Positions 50,897-61,324 of a stretch of 64,000 bases of DNA are shown here, piece after piece. Origin of the DNA: SAR86 cluster bacterium (GTDB lineage: Bacteria > Pseudomonadota > Gammaproteobacteria > Magnimaribacterales > AG-339-G14); NCBI GenBank assembly GCA_028135785.1, contig JAOIHS010000002.1, positions 6,222 through 70,221 on the forward strand. The letters run 5' to 3'. Both the position numbers and the translations under genes were made by a program. Each line of letters starts with the position of its first letter. Position 1 is the first letter of the stretch. The notes beneath the pieces are model-generated. The model did no database searches. It worked only from the letters and a program-made list of their open reading frames with translations, and was not told the origin of the DNA.

Positions 50897-51376
50897 ATGC
50901 CAGAAATTTCTATATTGGGTTGGATACATACGATTCTAGGAGTCTTAGCTTTATTATTTGGCTTTTATTCTTTAATAAAATATAAATTTATTAAACTTAA
51001 AAACTATTCAGGAAAAATTTATTTAGTAATTACATTGATCGTTGCAGGTACTTCTTTATTTATATATCACCAAGGCGGATTTGGACCGGCGCACGTGATG
51101 GGAATTTTAGCTATTGGGGCGGTATTCACTGGAGCAATAGCAGAACAAACATCTTTTTTTAAAAGCTTTTCTCAGTACATAGAATCTCTAAGTTATTCAT
51201 CTACATTTTTATTTCATTTGGTTCCCGCTACATTTGATGGGTTGAGAAGACTTCCCGTTAGTGATCCGATCGTCAAAGAATTAGATGACCCACTTCTTTT
51301 AAATTCAATCTTAGTTATATTTGTTTTATATTTAATAGGCATCATTTATCAATTTATTATTTTGTATAAAAAATAA
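50897..51376 (+). CDS. Hypothetical multi-TM membrane protein
   Basis: 159 aa, about 5 hydrophobic segments. Confidence 0.45.
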   Translation: MPEISILGWIHTILGVLALLFGFYSLIKYKFIKLKNYSGKIYLVITLIVAGTSLFIYHQGGFGPAHVMGILAIGAVFTGAIAEQTSFFKSFSQYIESLSYSSTFLFHLVPATFDGLRRLPVSDPIVKELDDPLLLNSILVIFVLYLIGIIYQFIILYKK

Positions 51377-51384
51377 AAGTTTTA

Positions 51385-52602
51385 ATGAAAAAGATATTCA
51401 AAGCAGCACTATTAATAGTTTTAAGTATTTTATTTATTTTAGCTATACTATTTGGACCCAAAATCTGGAAAATTTATAAAGTGACAAATTTATTTGACGA
51501 ACAAACAATTTCTTATAATTTCATTCACATGGATGAATTTTTCCCTATTTCCAAGCCTATAAAAGCGTCAAGAAAACCTCACGTGTTTGAAAAAACTGAA
51601 AACTTTAAATTTCCTAAAACTTATTCATTCGAAGGTAAAGATAAAAGCATATCTGAAGCCATTGAATATTTTCAGACAGATGGAATGATTATTCTTCATA
51701 AAGGAAGGTTAGTTTATGAAAATTATTGGAATAAAAATACTGAAAATACCAGACACATTATATGGTCAGTATCTAAATCATTTTTATCTGCTCTAGTCGG
51801 AATAGCCTTAAATGATGGTCTGATAGATAGCCTAGATGATCCAATTACTAAATACTTAAAAGATTTTAATGAAACTGGTTACGAAGGTGTTTCTATTAAG
51901 AATCTGCTTCAAATGTCATCAGGAATTGGATTTAATGAAGATTATGGGGATCCTGATTCAGATATAAATCGTTATGGAAGAGTTACAGCAACCGGTACCT
52001 CTCAGAGAGAATTCGCAAAAACATTAAAAAACTCAAGAACTCCAGGAACTTATAATCATTATGTAAGCTTAGATTCGCAAATGCTGGGAATGTTGATTGC
52101 AGAAGTATCAGGCGTTTCTGTAAAAGAGTACCTTCATGAAAAAATTTGGAGCCAAATTGGTATGCAAGATGATGCTTATTACCTTACTGATCAACAAGGA
52201 ATTGAGATGTCATTAGGCGGCCTAAATGTAACAGTTAGAGATCTAGCAAAATTTGGACAACTCTATTTAAATAAAGGAAATTGGAATGGAAAACAAATTG
52301 TTCCAGAGCAATGGGTTGAAGATTCAACTATTCCCGATGGTATCCATGTTCAGCCAAATGCTGGAGATAATTTATCATCAAGTTCTTGGGGATATGGTTA
52401 TCAATGGTGGGTACCTGGCCCTGTAGTTACAGATTTCACAGCACATGGGATTTATAATCAATTTATTTATGTAGATCCTAAAACTGAAGTAGTGATAGCT
52501 AAAACTTCCTCAAATTTTCGGTTTGTTGCCGAAAAAGAATTTACTAAAGATGCTCATATTGCGATCTTTAGATCTATAGCAGACTCAATTTCTAACAATT
52601 AA
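51385..52602 (+). CDS. Membrane-anchored serine hydrolase, beta-lactamase family
   Basis: N-terminal TM, SxxK motif SVSKSF. Confidence 0.75.
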   Translation: MKKIFKAALLIVLSILFILAILFGPKIWKIYKVTNLFDEQTISYNFIHMDEFFPISKPIKASRKPHVFEKTENFKFPKTYSFEGKDKSISEAIEYFQTDGMIILHKGRLVYENYWNKNTENTRHIIWSVSKSFLSALVGIALNDGLIDSLDDPITKYLKDFNETGYEGVSIKNLLQMSSGIGFNEDYGDPDSDINRYGRVTATGTSQREFAKTLKNSRTPGTYNHYVSLDSQMLGMLIAEVSGVSVKEYLHEKIWSQIGMQDDAYYLTDQQGIEMSLGGLNVTVRDLAKFGQLYLNKGNWNGKQIVPEQWVEDSTIPDGIHVQPNAGDNLSSSSWGYGYQWWVPGPVVTDFTAHGIYNQFIYVDPKTEVVIAKTSSNFRFVAEKEFTKDAHIAIFRSIADSISNN

Positions 52603-52621
52603 ATTTTTATAATCTTATTAA

Positions 52622-53443
52622 ATGAGTCAATTTATTATGAGCTGTCATCACAAGGATGATGAATCAATAGATGTCTTCAAAAAATATTTTACACCGATAA
52701 ATGTTGGAGCAAATACGAACCATATAAAAAAAGAAATTTTAAAAGATAATTCTTTAAATAATATTTCTGATAAAAATCCACATTTTTGTGAGCTAACTGC
52801 TCTTTACTGGGCATGGAAAAATAATTCTGATGATTATGTTGGATTAATGCATTACAGAAGAATTTTTTTAAAATCTGAAGATTCATTGCTCTCAAGCAAT
52901 TTAAAAAAACTTAGACTCTTTTTAAGAAAAAAATTAAACAAATATAGTATCAATCATTATTATTCAAAAGTAATTGATGAATCGAAGATAGAAAAAGAAC
53001 TTAAGGACTTGAACCTTTTTTTTGATAGCGAGCTGATAAATTACGATATTGTTATGTCAGCCCCTTTGTATCTAGACGGCTTATCAATAGAGGAGCAATT
53101 TATCTCTGTTCATTCTCAAAGGTTTTTTACCAAAATGATAAAAGTGACTTTAGAGCTATATCCAGATATGAAAGAGTCCATGCAGAAAACTTTAAAAAGA
53201 AAAGATATGTCAGCTTTTAATATGTTGGTAATGAAAAGAGATATTTATGAAAAATATATGGAGGCATTATTCTCAGTAATGTTTAAAATAGAACAAGAAA
53301 TTAATTTAGATCAAGAGGATGCTTATCAGCAAAGAATGATTGGTTTTTTAGCTGAAAGGTTTTTTAACATTTATACGGACTATTTTTTCTCCATCAATCC
53401 GGATTCCAAAAGAAAATATTTAGAGTTAGCTTTAATTAAATAA
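52622..53443 (+). CDS. DUF4422-like putative glycosyltransferase
   Basis: ELTALYWAWKN and GLMHYRR motifs, as in DUF4422 LPS/capsule proteins. Confidence 0.6.
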   Translation: MSQFIMSCHHKDDESIDVFKKYFTPINVGANTNHIKKEILKDNSLNNISDKNPHFCELTALYWAWKNNSDDYVGLMHYRRIFLKSEDSLLSSNLKKLRLFLRKKLNKYSINHYYSKVIDESKIEKELKDLNLFFDSELINYDIVMSAPLYLDGLSIEEQFISVHSQRFFTKMIKVTLELYPDMKESMQKTLKRKDMSAFNMLVMKRDIYEKYMEALFSVMFKIEQEINLDQEDAYQQRMIGFLAERFFNIYTDYFFSINPDSKRKYLELALIK

Positions 53444-53450
53444 ATATTGC

Positions 53451-54053
53451 ATGAAATTGAACGAAATAAAAAAAACAATAGTTCCAGAAATACATAGAGC
53501 AAATAGATCTAGATTTATTAAGTGGATAGGAAGAATCATACAAAAATTTTCAGGCTGGCAGGTTGAAGGTGAGATACCAAATTTAAAAAAATTCGTATTA
53601 GTAGGAGGTCCTCATACTTCTAACTGGGATTTTGTCCATGCTTTAGGTGTTATCTGGTCTCTGGATCTAAAGATGTATGTTCTAGCTAAAAATTCTCTAT
53701 TCAAGGTTCCAATTTTAAAAAAAATTATGTATGGCGTTGGCGGAATACCCGTCAATAGAGATAATCCTCAATTAATAGTTGATAAAGTTTCTCAACTTGT
53801 AGCTAAAGAAGGTGGGGTTATTATTGGCATAACTCCTGAAGGCACTAGATCTAAAGTAGATAGGTGGAAAACAGGCTTTTTAAGAATAGCCAAACAAATG
53901 GATTGTAAGATAGCGCTCATCTCGATAGATTTTGAAAAAAAAATGTGTTCTTTCAATGGTTTTTTTGAACCTTCGGGGGATAATGAACAAGATATAAATA
54001 ATTTAAAACTATTTTATTCTGGATTTAAGGCAAAACATCCAGAAAACTTTTAA
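53451..54053 (+). CDS. 1-acyl-sn-glycerol-3-phosphate acyltransferase-like (PlsC family)
   Basis: HxxxxD motif HTSNWD and ITPEGTRS block. Confidence 0.75.
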   Translation: MKLNEIKKTIVPEIHRANRSRFIKWIGRIIQKFSGWQVEGEIPNLKKFVLVGGPHTSNWDFVHALGVIWSLDLKMYVLAKNSLFKVPILKKIMYGVGGIPVNRDNPQLIVDKVSQLVAKEGGVIIGITPEGTRSKVDRWKTGFLRIAKQMDCKIALISIDFEKKMCSFNGFFEPSGDNEQDINNLKLFYSGFKAKHPENF

Positions 54054-54069
54054 AAAATAAGGAGACAAA

Positions 54070-54486
54070 ATGTTCGAAATTTATCAATCTGTATTTGAAG
54101 GAATCTGGTTAATTTTAACTACAATAATGATTCAAGCATTAGTATTAGTTGCAGCACATAGAGCAGAAAAAGGTTACAAAGTTGGCGTAATAAATCCTTC
54201 TCTTGGTCAAGAATCCTTTTTCTTTAGAAGCTATAGAGCTTTCTGGAACTCCTTAGAAAATATTGTTCCTTTATTGGGTATGACTTTGATAGCTATATTG
54301 GCAGGTTATGATTCAGGCAAATTAAATTTAATAATATGGATCTATGCTATTTCGAGAATAGTTCATATGCTTTTATATTATTTTATTGCGACCGATAAAA
54401 ACCCTAGCCTAAGAAGCTTATTTTGGGTCTCCGGTCTTGTTGTAAATATTTATTTAATTGTGGATTTAGGAATTTTCTTATTTTAA
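54070..54486 (+). CDS. MAPEG-family membrane protein
   Basis: 138 aa, 4 TM, RAFWNSLENIVP motif. Confidence 0.6.
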   Translation: MFEIYQSVFEGIWLILTTIMIQALVLVAAHRAEKGYKVGVINPSLGQESFFFRSYRAFWNSLENIVPLLGMTLIAILAGYDSGKLNLIIWIYAISRIVHMLLYYFIATDKNPSLRSLFWVSGLVVNIYLIVDLGIFLF

Positions 54487-54516
54487 AAAAATTTTAATAA
54501 AAATATATAATTCCTT

Positions 54517-55371
54517 ATGGAAAATAATAGAGCTTCTGTCTCTTTCATTATAGTTTGTTACCAAAGTGCAATTGCGCTAAAAACACTCCTCCTCAGCATC
54601 CCAAAAGAATATGAAGTTATTCTTGTAGATAATTCTCAAGACAAAAAAACCGAAGAAATTGCAAATATATATGATTGTATTCTTATCACAAATAAAAAAA
54701 ATATAGGTTTCGGTGCTGCAAGCAATATAGGTGCAAGAGCAGCTAATGGAGATTTTTTATTTTTTATAAATCCTGATTCGTCTTTAAATCCTGAAAGCGT
54801 TGAGGAACTTTTAAAAGCTGCAAAATCTTATCCTAATGCAAGTGGGTTTAATCCAAAAATATGCGATCAATCAGGGAAACAAAATTTCAAAAGAAGATCG
54901 GTATTGCTTTCTAAATCAGAGTGGATGAGTAAAAAAAATCCTATTGCTGACAAAGAAGTCTCAATTTTAAGCGGGGCAGCAATTTTTATAAAAAAAGATT
55001 TATTCTTTAGAGTGTCAGGTTTTGATGAAAAAATTTTTTTGTATCATGAGGATGACGATCTAGCAATTAGGCTTAGAAAAGAAGTGGGGCCTTTAATGTA
55101 TATTAATAATTCTGTCGTTACACATGTTGGCGGTGGATCAAGCTCAAGAAACACCACAATAGCTTCCCTCAAGGGATACCATATGGGTAAGTCAAGAGTT
55201 TATGCTCAAGCGAAACATAAAATTAAGGGAGTTAATTTAAGAAATATATTTCTTGCCAGTTTACAATTAATATCTCCTGAAATGATTTTCTCAGCTAGAA
55301 AAAGAGCAAAATACATAGCCTTTTTTAAAGGAGTGATTGAACAAATATTTTTTAAGACTAAAGTAGACTGA
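54517..55371 (+). CDS. Family 2 glycosyltransferase
   Basis: VSFIIVCYQS, LVDNSQD, GFGAASN, F.NPD, and ED-containing YHEDDDL. Confidence 0.8.
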   Translation: MENNRASVSFIIVCYQSAIALKTLLLSIPKEYEVILVDNSQDKKTEEIANIYDCILITNKKNIGFGAASNIGARAANGDFLFFINPDSSLNPESVEELLKAAKSYPNASGFNPKICDQSGKQNFKRRSVLLSKSEWMSKKNPIADKEVSILSGAAIFIKKDLFFRVSGFDEKIFLYHEDDDLAIRLRKEVGPLMYINNSVVTHVGGGSSSRNTTIASLKGYHMGKSRVYAQAKHKIKGVNLRNIFLASLQLISPEMIFSARKRAKYIAFFKGVIEQIFFKTKVD

Positions 55372-55373
55372 TT

Positions 55374-56369
55374 ATGATTTTTGTTACGGGTGGTGCAGGC
55401 TTTATAGGTTCTAATTTTATTTTAAAATGGATGGATTCTTCAGATGAAGATGTTCTAAACATAGATAATCTCTCATATGCGGCTAATTTAAAAAATCTCG
55501 ATTCTATAAGTTCTGATTCAAGATACAACTTTGTCGAGGCTAATATTCAAGATCAAAATTCTATTGAAAGTCTATTGGAGAAGCATAAGCCACGAGCGAT
55601 AATTAATTTTGCTGCTGAGAGTCATGTTGATAAGTCTATAGAGGGCCCAGAAGCATTCATAAATGCAAATATTTTAGGAACATTTTCATTATTATCGGCA
55701 GCATTAAACTTTTACAGAAATTTAGAAAAGGAAAAGAAAGATAAATTTAAATTCGTACACATATCAACCGATGAAGTTTTTGGATCGTTATCTATTTCTG
55801 ATCCAAGTTCAAACGAAGAAAGTCCTTATAGGCCAAATAGTCCTTATTCTGCTTCTAAAGCTGCAAGCGATCATTTAGTTAGGGCTTGGTTTCACACATA
55901 TGGCTTGCCTACAATTACATCAAATTGCACGAATAATTATGGACCAATGCAGTTTACTGAAAAATTAATCCCATTAATGATAACTAATGCGATCAATGGA
56001 AAAAATTTATCTATATACGGAGATGGAAAAAACATTAGAGATTGGTTATATGTTGAAGATCATTGTTCCGCAATAATTAAAATTTTAGAAAAAGGCAGAT
56101 TAGGAGAGACCTATAATATTGGTGGGAATAGTGAAAAAAATAATAATGAAATTGTTTTAGAAATATGCAAAATTTTAGATTCCTTGAATCCAAAAAAAGA
56201 CAATACATCATACTCGTCACAAATTGAATACATAAAAGATAGGGCGGGTCACGATTTTAGATACAGCTTAGATATTTCTAAAATAAATAATGAGCTTGGC
56301 TGGACTCCTGAAATGACTTTTTCTGCCGGATTAAAAAAAACTGTCAAATGGTATCTAGATAATTTATAA
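55374..56369 (+). CDS. rfbB: dTDP-glucose 4,6-dehydratase
   Basis: VTGGAGFIGSNF, STDEVFG, YSASKAASDH. Confidence 0.93.
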   Translation: MIFVTGGAGFIGSNFILKWMDSSDEDVLNIDNLSYAANLKNLDSISSDSRYNFVEANIQDQNSIESLLEKHKPRAIINFAAESHVDKSIEGPEAFINANILGTFSLLSAALNFYRNLEKEKKDKFKFVHISTDEVFGSLSISDPSSNEESPYRPNSPYSASKAASDHLVRAWFHTYGLPTITSNCTNNYGPMQFTEKLIPLMITNAINGKNLSIYGDGKNIRDWLYVEDHCSAIIKILEKGRLGETYNIGGNSEKNNNEIVLEICKILDSLNPKKDNTSYSSQIEYIKDRAGHDFRYSLDISKINNELGWTPEMTFSAGLKKTVKWYLDNL

Positions 56370-56377
56370 ATTTTATA

Positions 56378-57298
56378 ATGCTTGATCAAAATATTCATGA
56401 ACACAGTAAGAACAAAATTTTAATTCTTGGTTCAAATGGTCAACTTGGCAGAGATCTCTCAAAAAATTTATCTAAATTAGGTGAAGTGACCTCTTTAGAT
56501 AGAAACGGATTTGACTTTGAAAATCCAGAATCTTTAGATTTAATTATTAAAAGACTTAATCCAAAATTTATTGTAAATGCAGCAGCATTTACAAATGTAG
56601 ATGGTGCTGAAAGTTTTGAAAAAAGTGCTTATCAAATTAATTCTTTGACAGTAAAAAAAATAGCAATATTGGCACATGAAAACAATGCTGTTTTAATTCA
56701 TTTTTCAACTGATTATGTATTTGATGGTTTGAAGGAAGAGCCTTACTTAGAAAGTGATACTCCCAACCCTATTTCAGTTTATGGAAATTCTAAATTAGAA
56801 GGAGAAAACTATATAGCTGAAATATGTTCTAAATATTTAATTTTAAGAACTAGCGGAGTAATCTCTAAAAATGCAGATAACTTTATTTCTAAGATAATTA
56901 ATTTATCAAATGACAGGGATGAGTTGAATATTGTTTCAGATCAGGAGTCGAGCCTAAATTTTTCCGGTTTTATATCTCAAGCAGTTTTAGAAATGCTAGC
57001 CGAACTTAAATTAAACTTGAATGAAGAAAATAGATGGGGGATTTATCACCTATCTGGACAAGAATCCGGAACCTGGTATGAATTCGCTAAATTTACTCAA
57101 GAAATATCAAAAAAAATAAATTTAGATTCAAATTTTTCTAAAGTCGACATAAGTCCAATATCTTCATCGCAATTTATTCAAAAGGCTAAAAGGCCAAAAT
57201 ATTCTTTTCTTTCTTCTGTTAAATTAAAAGATAACTTTGGGATAGAATTACCCAATTGGAAAAATAGCATCATTAAAGTAATGGAAAATAATGAATAA
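56378..57298 (+). CDS. rfbD: dTDP-4-dehydrorhamnose reductase
   Basis: LGSNGQLG, STDYVFDG, YGNSKLEGE. Confidence 0.9.
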   Translation: MLDQNIHEHSKNKILILGSNGQLGRDLSKNLSKLGEVTSLDRNGFDFENPESLDLIIKRLNPKFIVNAAAFTNVDGAESFEKSAYQINSLTVKKIAILAHENNAVLIHFSTDYVFDGLKEEPYLESDTPNPISVYGNSKLEGENYIAEICSKYLILRTSGVISKNADNFISKIINLSNDRDELNIVSDQESSLNFSGFISQAVLEMLAELKLNLNEENRWGIYHLSGQESGTWYEFAKFTQEISKKINLDSNFSKVDISPISSSQFIQKAKRPKYSFLSSVKLKDNFGIELPNWKNSIIKVMENNE

Positions 57299-58175
57299 CT
57301 CTATAAAAAAAAGAAAAGGAATTATATTAGCTGGAGGAGAGGGCTCAAGACTGCATCCGCTTACCCAGATTATTTCTAAACAATTACTTCCTGTATTTGA
57401 TAAACCCATGATATTTTATCCTCTTTCAACACTTATGCTTGCTGGAATAAGAGAAATAGCAATAATCTCTACCCCTCAAGATCTACCAACATTTAAGAAA
57501 CTCTTAGGATCTGGAAAACAGTGGGGTCTAAAACTTAAATATATAAAACAGACGAAACCAAACGGAATTGCTGAGGCTTTCATTTTAGCAAAAGATTTTA
57601 TCAAAAGTGATCCTAGTTGCTTAATACTTGGCGACAACATTTATCATGGAAATGATCTAACAAAAATTCTTAGAGAAGCAAATGAAGACCAAGATAATTC
57701 GACTGTCTTTACATATCAAGTCAAAGACCCAGAAAGATTTGGTATCTTAACTTTAGACAAAAATGGACTGCCTTCAAAGATTCAAGAGAAACCTAAACTG
57801 CCAAAGAGTAATCTTGCTATTACAGGCCTTTATTTTTTCCCGAAAAACGTTTCTTTAAAAGCTAAAAAATTAATGCCTTCTAAAAGAGGAGAATTAGAAA
57901 TTTCCGATCTTAATGCTGAATATTTAAAAGATAAAAAGTTGAGAGTAAAGATGTTGAATAGAGGTTTTACTTGGCTGGATACAGGAACTTTTGATAGCTT
58001 GTTAGAAGCTTCAAATTTTATTTCTCTGATTCAAAATAAGCAAAATACAATTATTGCATGTCCAGAAGAGATAGCTTTTACGAATGGCTGGATAAAGAAA
58101 ATAGATCTTCTAAAAATTTCGAAATCCATGAAGAATTCTTACAGTAGACATTTGCAGGCCATATTAAAAATATGA
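57291..58175 (+). CDS. rfbA: Glucose-1-phosphate thymidylyltransferase
   Basis: GIILAGGEGSRLHPLT, LGDNIYHG, WLDTGT. Confidence 0.93.
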   Translation: MNNSIKKRKGIILAGGEGSRLHPLTQIISKQLLPVFDKPMIFYPLSTLMLAGIREIAIISTPQDLPTFKKLLGSGKQWGLKLKYIKQTKPNGIAEAFILAKDFIKSDPSCLILGDNIYHGNDLTKILREANEDQDNSTVFTYQVKDPERFGILTLDKNGLPSKIQEKPKLPKSNLAITGLYFFPKNVSLKAKKLMPSKRGELEISDLNAEYLKDKKLRVKMLNRGFTWLDTGTFDSLLEASNFISLIQNKQNTIIACPEEIAFTNGWIKKIDLLKISKSMKNSYSRHLQAILKI

Positions 58176-58714
58176 GAAAAGAGATATTTTCCGACATAGA
58201 AATAATCGAACCAAAAGTGTTTTCGGATGATAGGGGTAATTTTTCCGAAAATTTTAATCTGCTCAGATTTACAAAGCTTATAAATATTAATTATTCGTTC
58301 GTTCAAGATAACATAAGCCTTTCAAAGAAGGGTGTCTTTAGAGGTCTGCATTATCAACTTAAAAAACCTCAGGGAAAATTACTTCAAGTTCTATCTGGAG
58401 AAGTATTTGATGTGGTTGTGGATTTAAGAAGAAATTCTAAAACTTATGGAGACTGGATGGGAATAATCTTATCTAAAGAAAACGGTAAACAATTATGGGT
58501 GCCACCAGGATTCGCTCATGGATTTTTGGTTCTGAGCGATGAAGCTAAATTTTTTTATAAAGTTACCGATTACTGGAATAAAGACGATGAAAAATGTATC
58601 AAATGGGATGATCCAGTAATTGGAATAGATTTTCCATGGAAGCCGATCCTTATTTCAGAAAGCGATGCTCAAGGAAAACCATTTCTTGAGGCTGAACACT
58701 TTGATTTTATTTAA
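58172..58714 (+). CDS. rfbC: dTDP-4-dehydrorhamnose 3,5-epimerase
   Basis: F.D.RG.F, RGLHYQ, GFAHGF. Confidence 0.92.
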   Translation: MRKEIFSDIEIIEPKVFSDDRGNFSENFNLLRFTKLININYSFVQDNISLSKKGVFRGLHYQLKKPQGKLLQVLSGEVFDVVVDLRRNSKTYGDWMGIILSKENGKQLWVPPGFAHGFLVLSDEAKFFYKVTDYWNKDDEKCIKWDDPVIGIDFPWKPILISESDAQGKPFLEAEHFDFI

Positions 58715-58776
58715 GACATTTTATTAAATCTTTTTTAAAAATGACGCTAGTAGTATATTTTACTAGGAGATAAATT

Positions 58777-59700
58777 ATGAATAGAGTTACGAAACACCTA
58801 GGAACAAAATATCCAATAATTCAGGCCCCCATGGGCTGGATTGCTAGAAGTAAACTTGCTTCTGCAGTATCAAATGCAGGTGGTCTAGGAGTTATTGAAA
58901 CTTCTTCTGGAGAGGTCGAAGCATGCAAAGAAGAGATAAAAAAAATGGCTGAACTTACAGATAAGCCTTTTGGCGTGAATCTACCAATATTATTTCTAAA
59001 AGACGATTCCATCGTAAATTTTGTTGCAGAATGTGGAGTAAAATTTGTCACCACATCAGCCGGAAGTCCTGCCAAATATATAGATACCCTTAAGAGTGCA
59101 GGTTTAACCGTTTATCATGCAGTGCCGAGTCTTGCTGGAGCTCTGAAAGCAGCCGATGCAGGAGTAGATGGTCTTGTAGTTGAGGGAACAGAAGGTGGCG
59201 GATTTAAAAGTCCGGAAGAAGTTGGATTATTTGTTCTAATTCAAGCTATTAGAAGAAAAATAGATCTTCCAATTATTGCAGCTGGAGGAATAGCCGATGG
59301 CCAAGGTATGGCAGCAGCCTTTGCAGTAGGAGCTGAAGGCATTCAAATGGGTACTAGGTTTGTCTCAAGTGAAGAAAGCCCTGTTCACGATAACTGGAAA
59401 AATGCTATTTTAGAGGGGACCGAATCAGATACTTATGTTTTAAATAAAACTGGCTCTCCATGTTTACGAGCAATTAAAACCGATTATACAAAAGAAATAT
59501 TTGAAAAAGGTTCCATGGATATGAGTGTTTTTGGCGGAGTTCAAGATTTATATTTCGGCGGTAATTTAAACGCAGCACCTGCGCTGACAGGTCAGTCTAT
59601 GGGCTTAATAGATGAAATAAAACCTGTTCGAACAATAATAGATGAAACTGTTAAAGAGTTTAATACCACATGCGAACAACTCCGAAATGCGAAGATTTAA
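58777..59700 (+). CDS. Nitronate monooxygenase / FabK-like FMN oxidoreductase
   Basis: PIIQAPMGWI, TSAGSP, EGGGF, AAGGIADG, IQMGTRF. Confidence 0.8.
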   Translation: MNRVTKHLGTKYPIIQAPMGWIARSKLASAVSNAGGLGVIETSSGEVEACKEEIKKMAELTDKPFGVNLPILFLKDDSIVNFVAECGVKFVTTSAGSPAKYIDTLKSAGLTVYHAVPSLAGALKAADAGVDGLVVEGTEGGGFKSPEEVGLFVLIQAIRRKIDLPIIAAGGIADGQGMAAAFAVGAEGIQMGTRFVSSEESPVHDNWKNAILEGTESDTYVLNKTGSPCLRAIKTDYTKEIFEKGSMDMSVFGGVQDLYFGGNLNAAPALTGQSMGLIDEIKPVRTIIDETVKEFNTTCEQLRNAKI

Positions 59701-59768
59701 CTAAAGTAACTATTTCAATCTATTTAAAAAAGATTTAATCTAAATAAGCAAATAAAAGGAAAGATTAA

Positions 59769-60233
59769 ATGCATTGGTTATTTCAAAATATAGGCGTAAT
59801 AATTCAAGCTGCTGCTGCATTAGGAGCTCTAGGAACTGTTTATTTTTTAATAAGAGAATTATCAGAACAAAATAAAGTTTCTAAAGCTAACGTCAGACAG
59901 AATGTTGCTGATAGCCATCAAAAAATGGCTTTAGCAGGCATGAAAAAAGACTTGGTTAAAATAAAATTAAAACTGCGCAAGGACGAGTCTTTATCAGAAG
60001 AAGAAGATGCGATGTATTTGTCTTATTTCGCTGTGATGCTTAGATCAAGAGAAAACCAGTACTACCAGTACTCTATAGGAATGTTAGATGAGTCTGAATG
60101 GGCAGCGTTCGTTAAGTCATTTAGGACTCTATTTAAATCTCCTCACCATGTGAAACTATGGTCTTTTATGCGAGAAACTTTTGATGATAATTTCGTGATT
60201 ATTGTAGATGATTTGATAAAAGAAGCGTCATGA
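59769..60233 (+). CDS. Hypothetical protein with N-terminal TM, first gene of the signalling operon
   Basis: 154 aa. ATGA overlap with the EAL gene. Confidence 0.45.
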   Translation: MHWLFQNIGVIIQAAAALGALGTVYFLIRELSEQNKVSKANVRQNVADSHQKMALAGMKKDLVKIKLKLRKDESLSEEEDAMYLSYFAVMLRSRENQYYQYSIGMLDESEWAAFVKSFRTLFKSPHHVKLWSFMRETFDDNFVIIVDDLIKEAS

Positions 60234-61324
60234 CATTGAGTGTAGATAAGCAATTTTATTTAACTGAGTCACTGCAGCAACATCCAAGTGCTTTTATAGT
60301 TTTTGATAAAGATTTAAGAATTCAATGGATGAATAATTCTTCTAGATATATTTTTAATGCTGAAAATGATAATGAAATAGAGATTAAAGGAGTTTTCAAT
60401 GTAACAAAATCTAAAAAGTTACATGATATTAAAGTTGCATCCTCCTTTGAATCTAATGTAGATATGAAACTTAGAAAAATCAATTTTTTCTTGAGATCTA
60501 GGGTTCATGAAGTTCCCTTGGAAGATAAAACCTCTTTTTATCTTTTAGAAGTATTAACTAATGATAAAGATAGTTTGGAAGCTCTTCGTGGAACAATTGC
60601 TTGCTTAGAAAATGACAGGATAGACTTGGCTTATCAAAAACAGGTAGATTTAAAATCGGGAAAATTGATTGGTCTTGAGGCGCTTCTGAGAATGCGAGAC
60701 GAAGAAGGAAAAATTATTCCAAATGATAAATTCATACCGCTAATTGAAGGCGAGAGTTTATTTTCTCTTGTTGTTATAGCTTCTTTAGAAAAACTTAAAG
60801 AAGCTTTTAAATTGAAAGAAGAATTCGATATGTTAGGCGTTACAATCTATTTAAACGTTTCTGCACACACTGCAATGCAAGAAAATTTTACAAAAATATT
60901 TATTGATTATGTAAAAGAACTAAATTTGCAACCAGGCGAATTAGGTTTAGAAATAACCGAAACAGCTGAACTTGAAGATTTAAAAAAAGCAGGTGAATCT
61001 TTTCAGAAATTAAAGGATATAGGAATTCCATTGGCAATAGACGATTTTGGAGCTGGTTATTCTTCTTTAAGTTATTTACGAGATTTACCAGTAGATTCAG
61101 TGAAGTTAGATAAAGTATTTGCAGAGACAATTTCTGAAAAAACAACTTCAGAGCTAATTAAATTTGTTGTTAGCGTTTGTCAAACTTTGTCACTAGAAAT
61201 GTTGGGTGAGGGGATAGAAACAGAAGATCAAAAAGAAAAATTTATAGCAATAGGGTGTCCTAATGGCCAAGGATACCTAATGCATAGACCAGAATTTATA
61301 GCCGATTTAAAGAAGAACTTATAG
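60230..61324 (+). CDS. EAL-domain c-di-GMP phosphodiesterase with N-terminal PAS-like sensor region
   Basis: Catalytic set is intact: EALLR, N (YLNVS), EITE, DDFGAGYSS, KLDK, EGIE, QGY. Confidence 0.85.
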   Translation: MTLSVDKQFYLTESLQQHPSAFIVFDKDLRIQWMNNSSRYIFNAENDNEIEIKGVFNVTKSKKLHDIKVASSFESNVDMKLRKINFFLRSRVHEVPLEDKTSFYLLEVLTNDKDSLEALRGTIACLENDRIDLAYQKQVDLKSGKLIGLEALLRMRDEEGKIIPNDKFIPLIEGESLFSLVVIASLEKLKEAFKLKEEFDMLGVTIYLNVSAHTAMQENFTKIFIDYVKELNLQPGELGLEITETAELEDLKKAGESFQKLKDIGIPLAIDDFGAGYSSLSYLRDLPVDSVKLDKVFAETISEKTTSELIKFVVSVCQTLSLEMLGEGIETEDQKEKFIAIGCPNGQGYLMHRPEFIADLKKNL

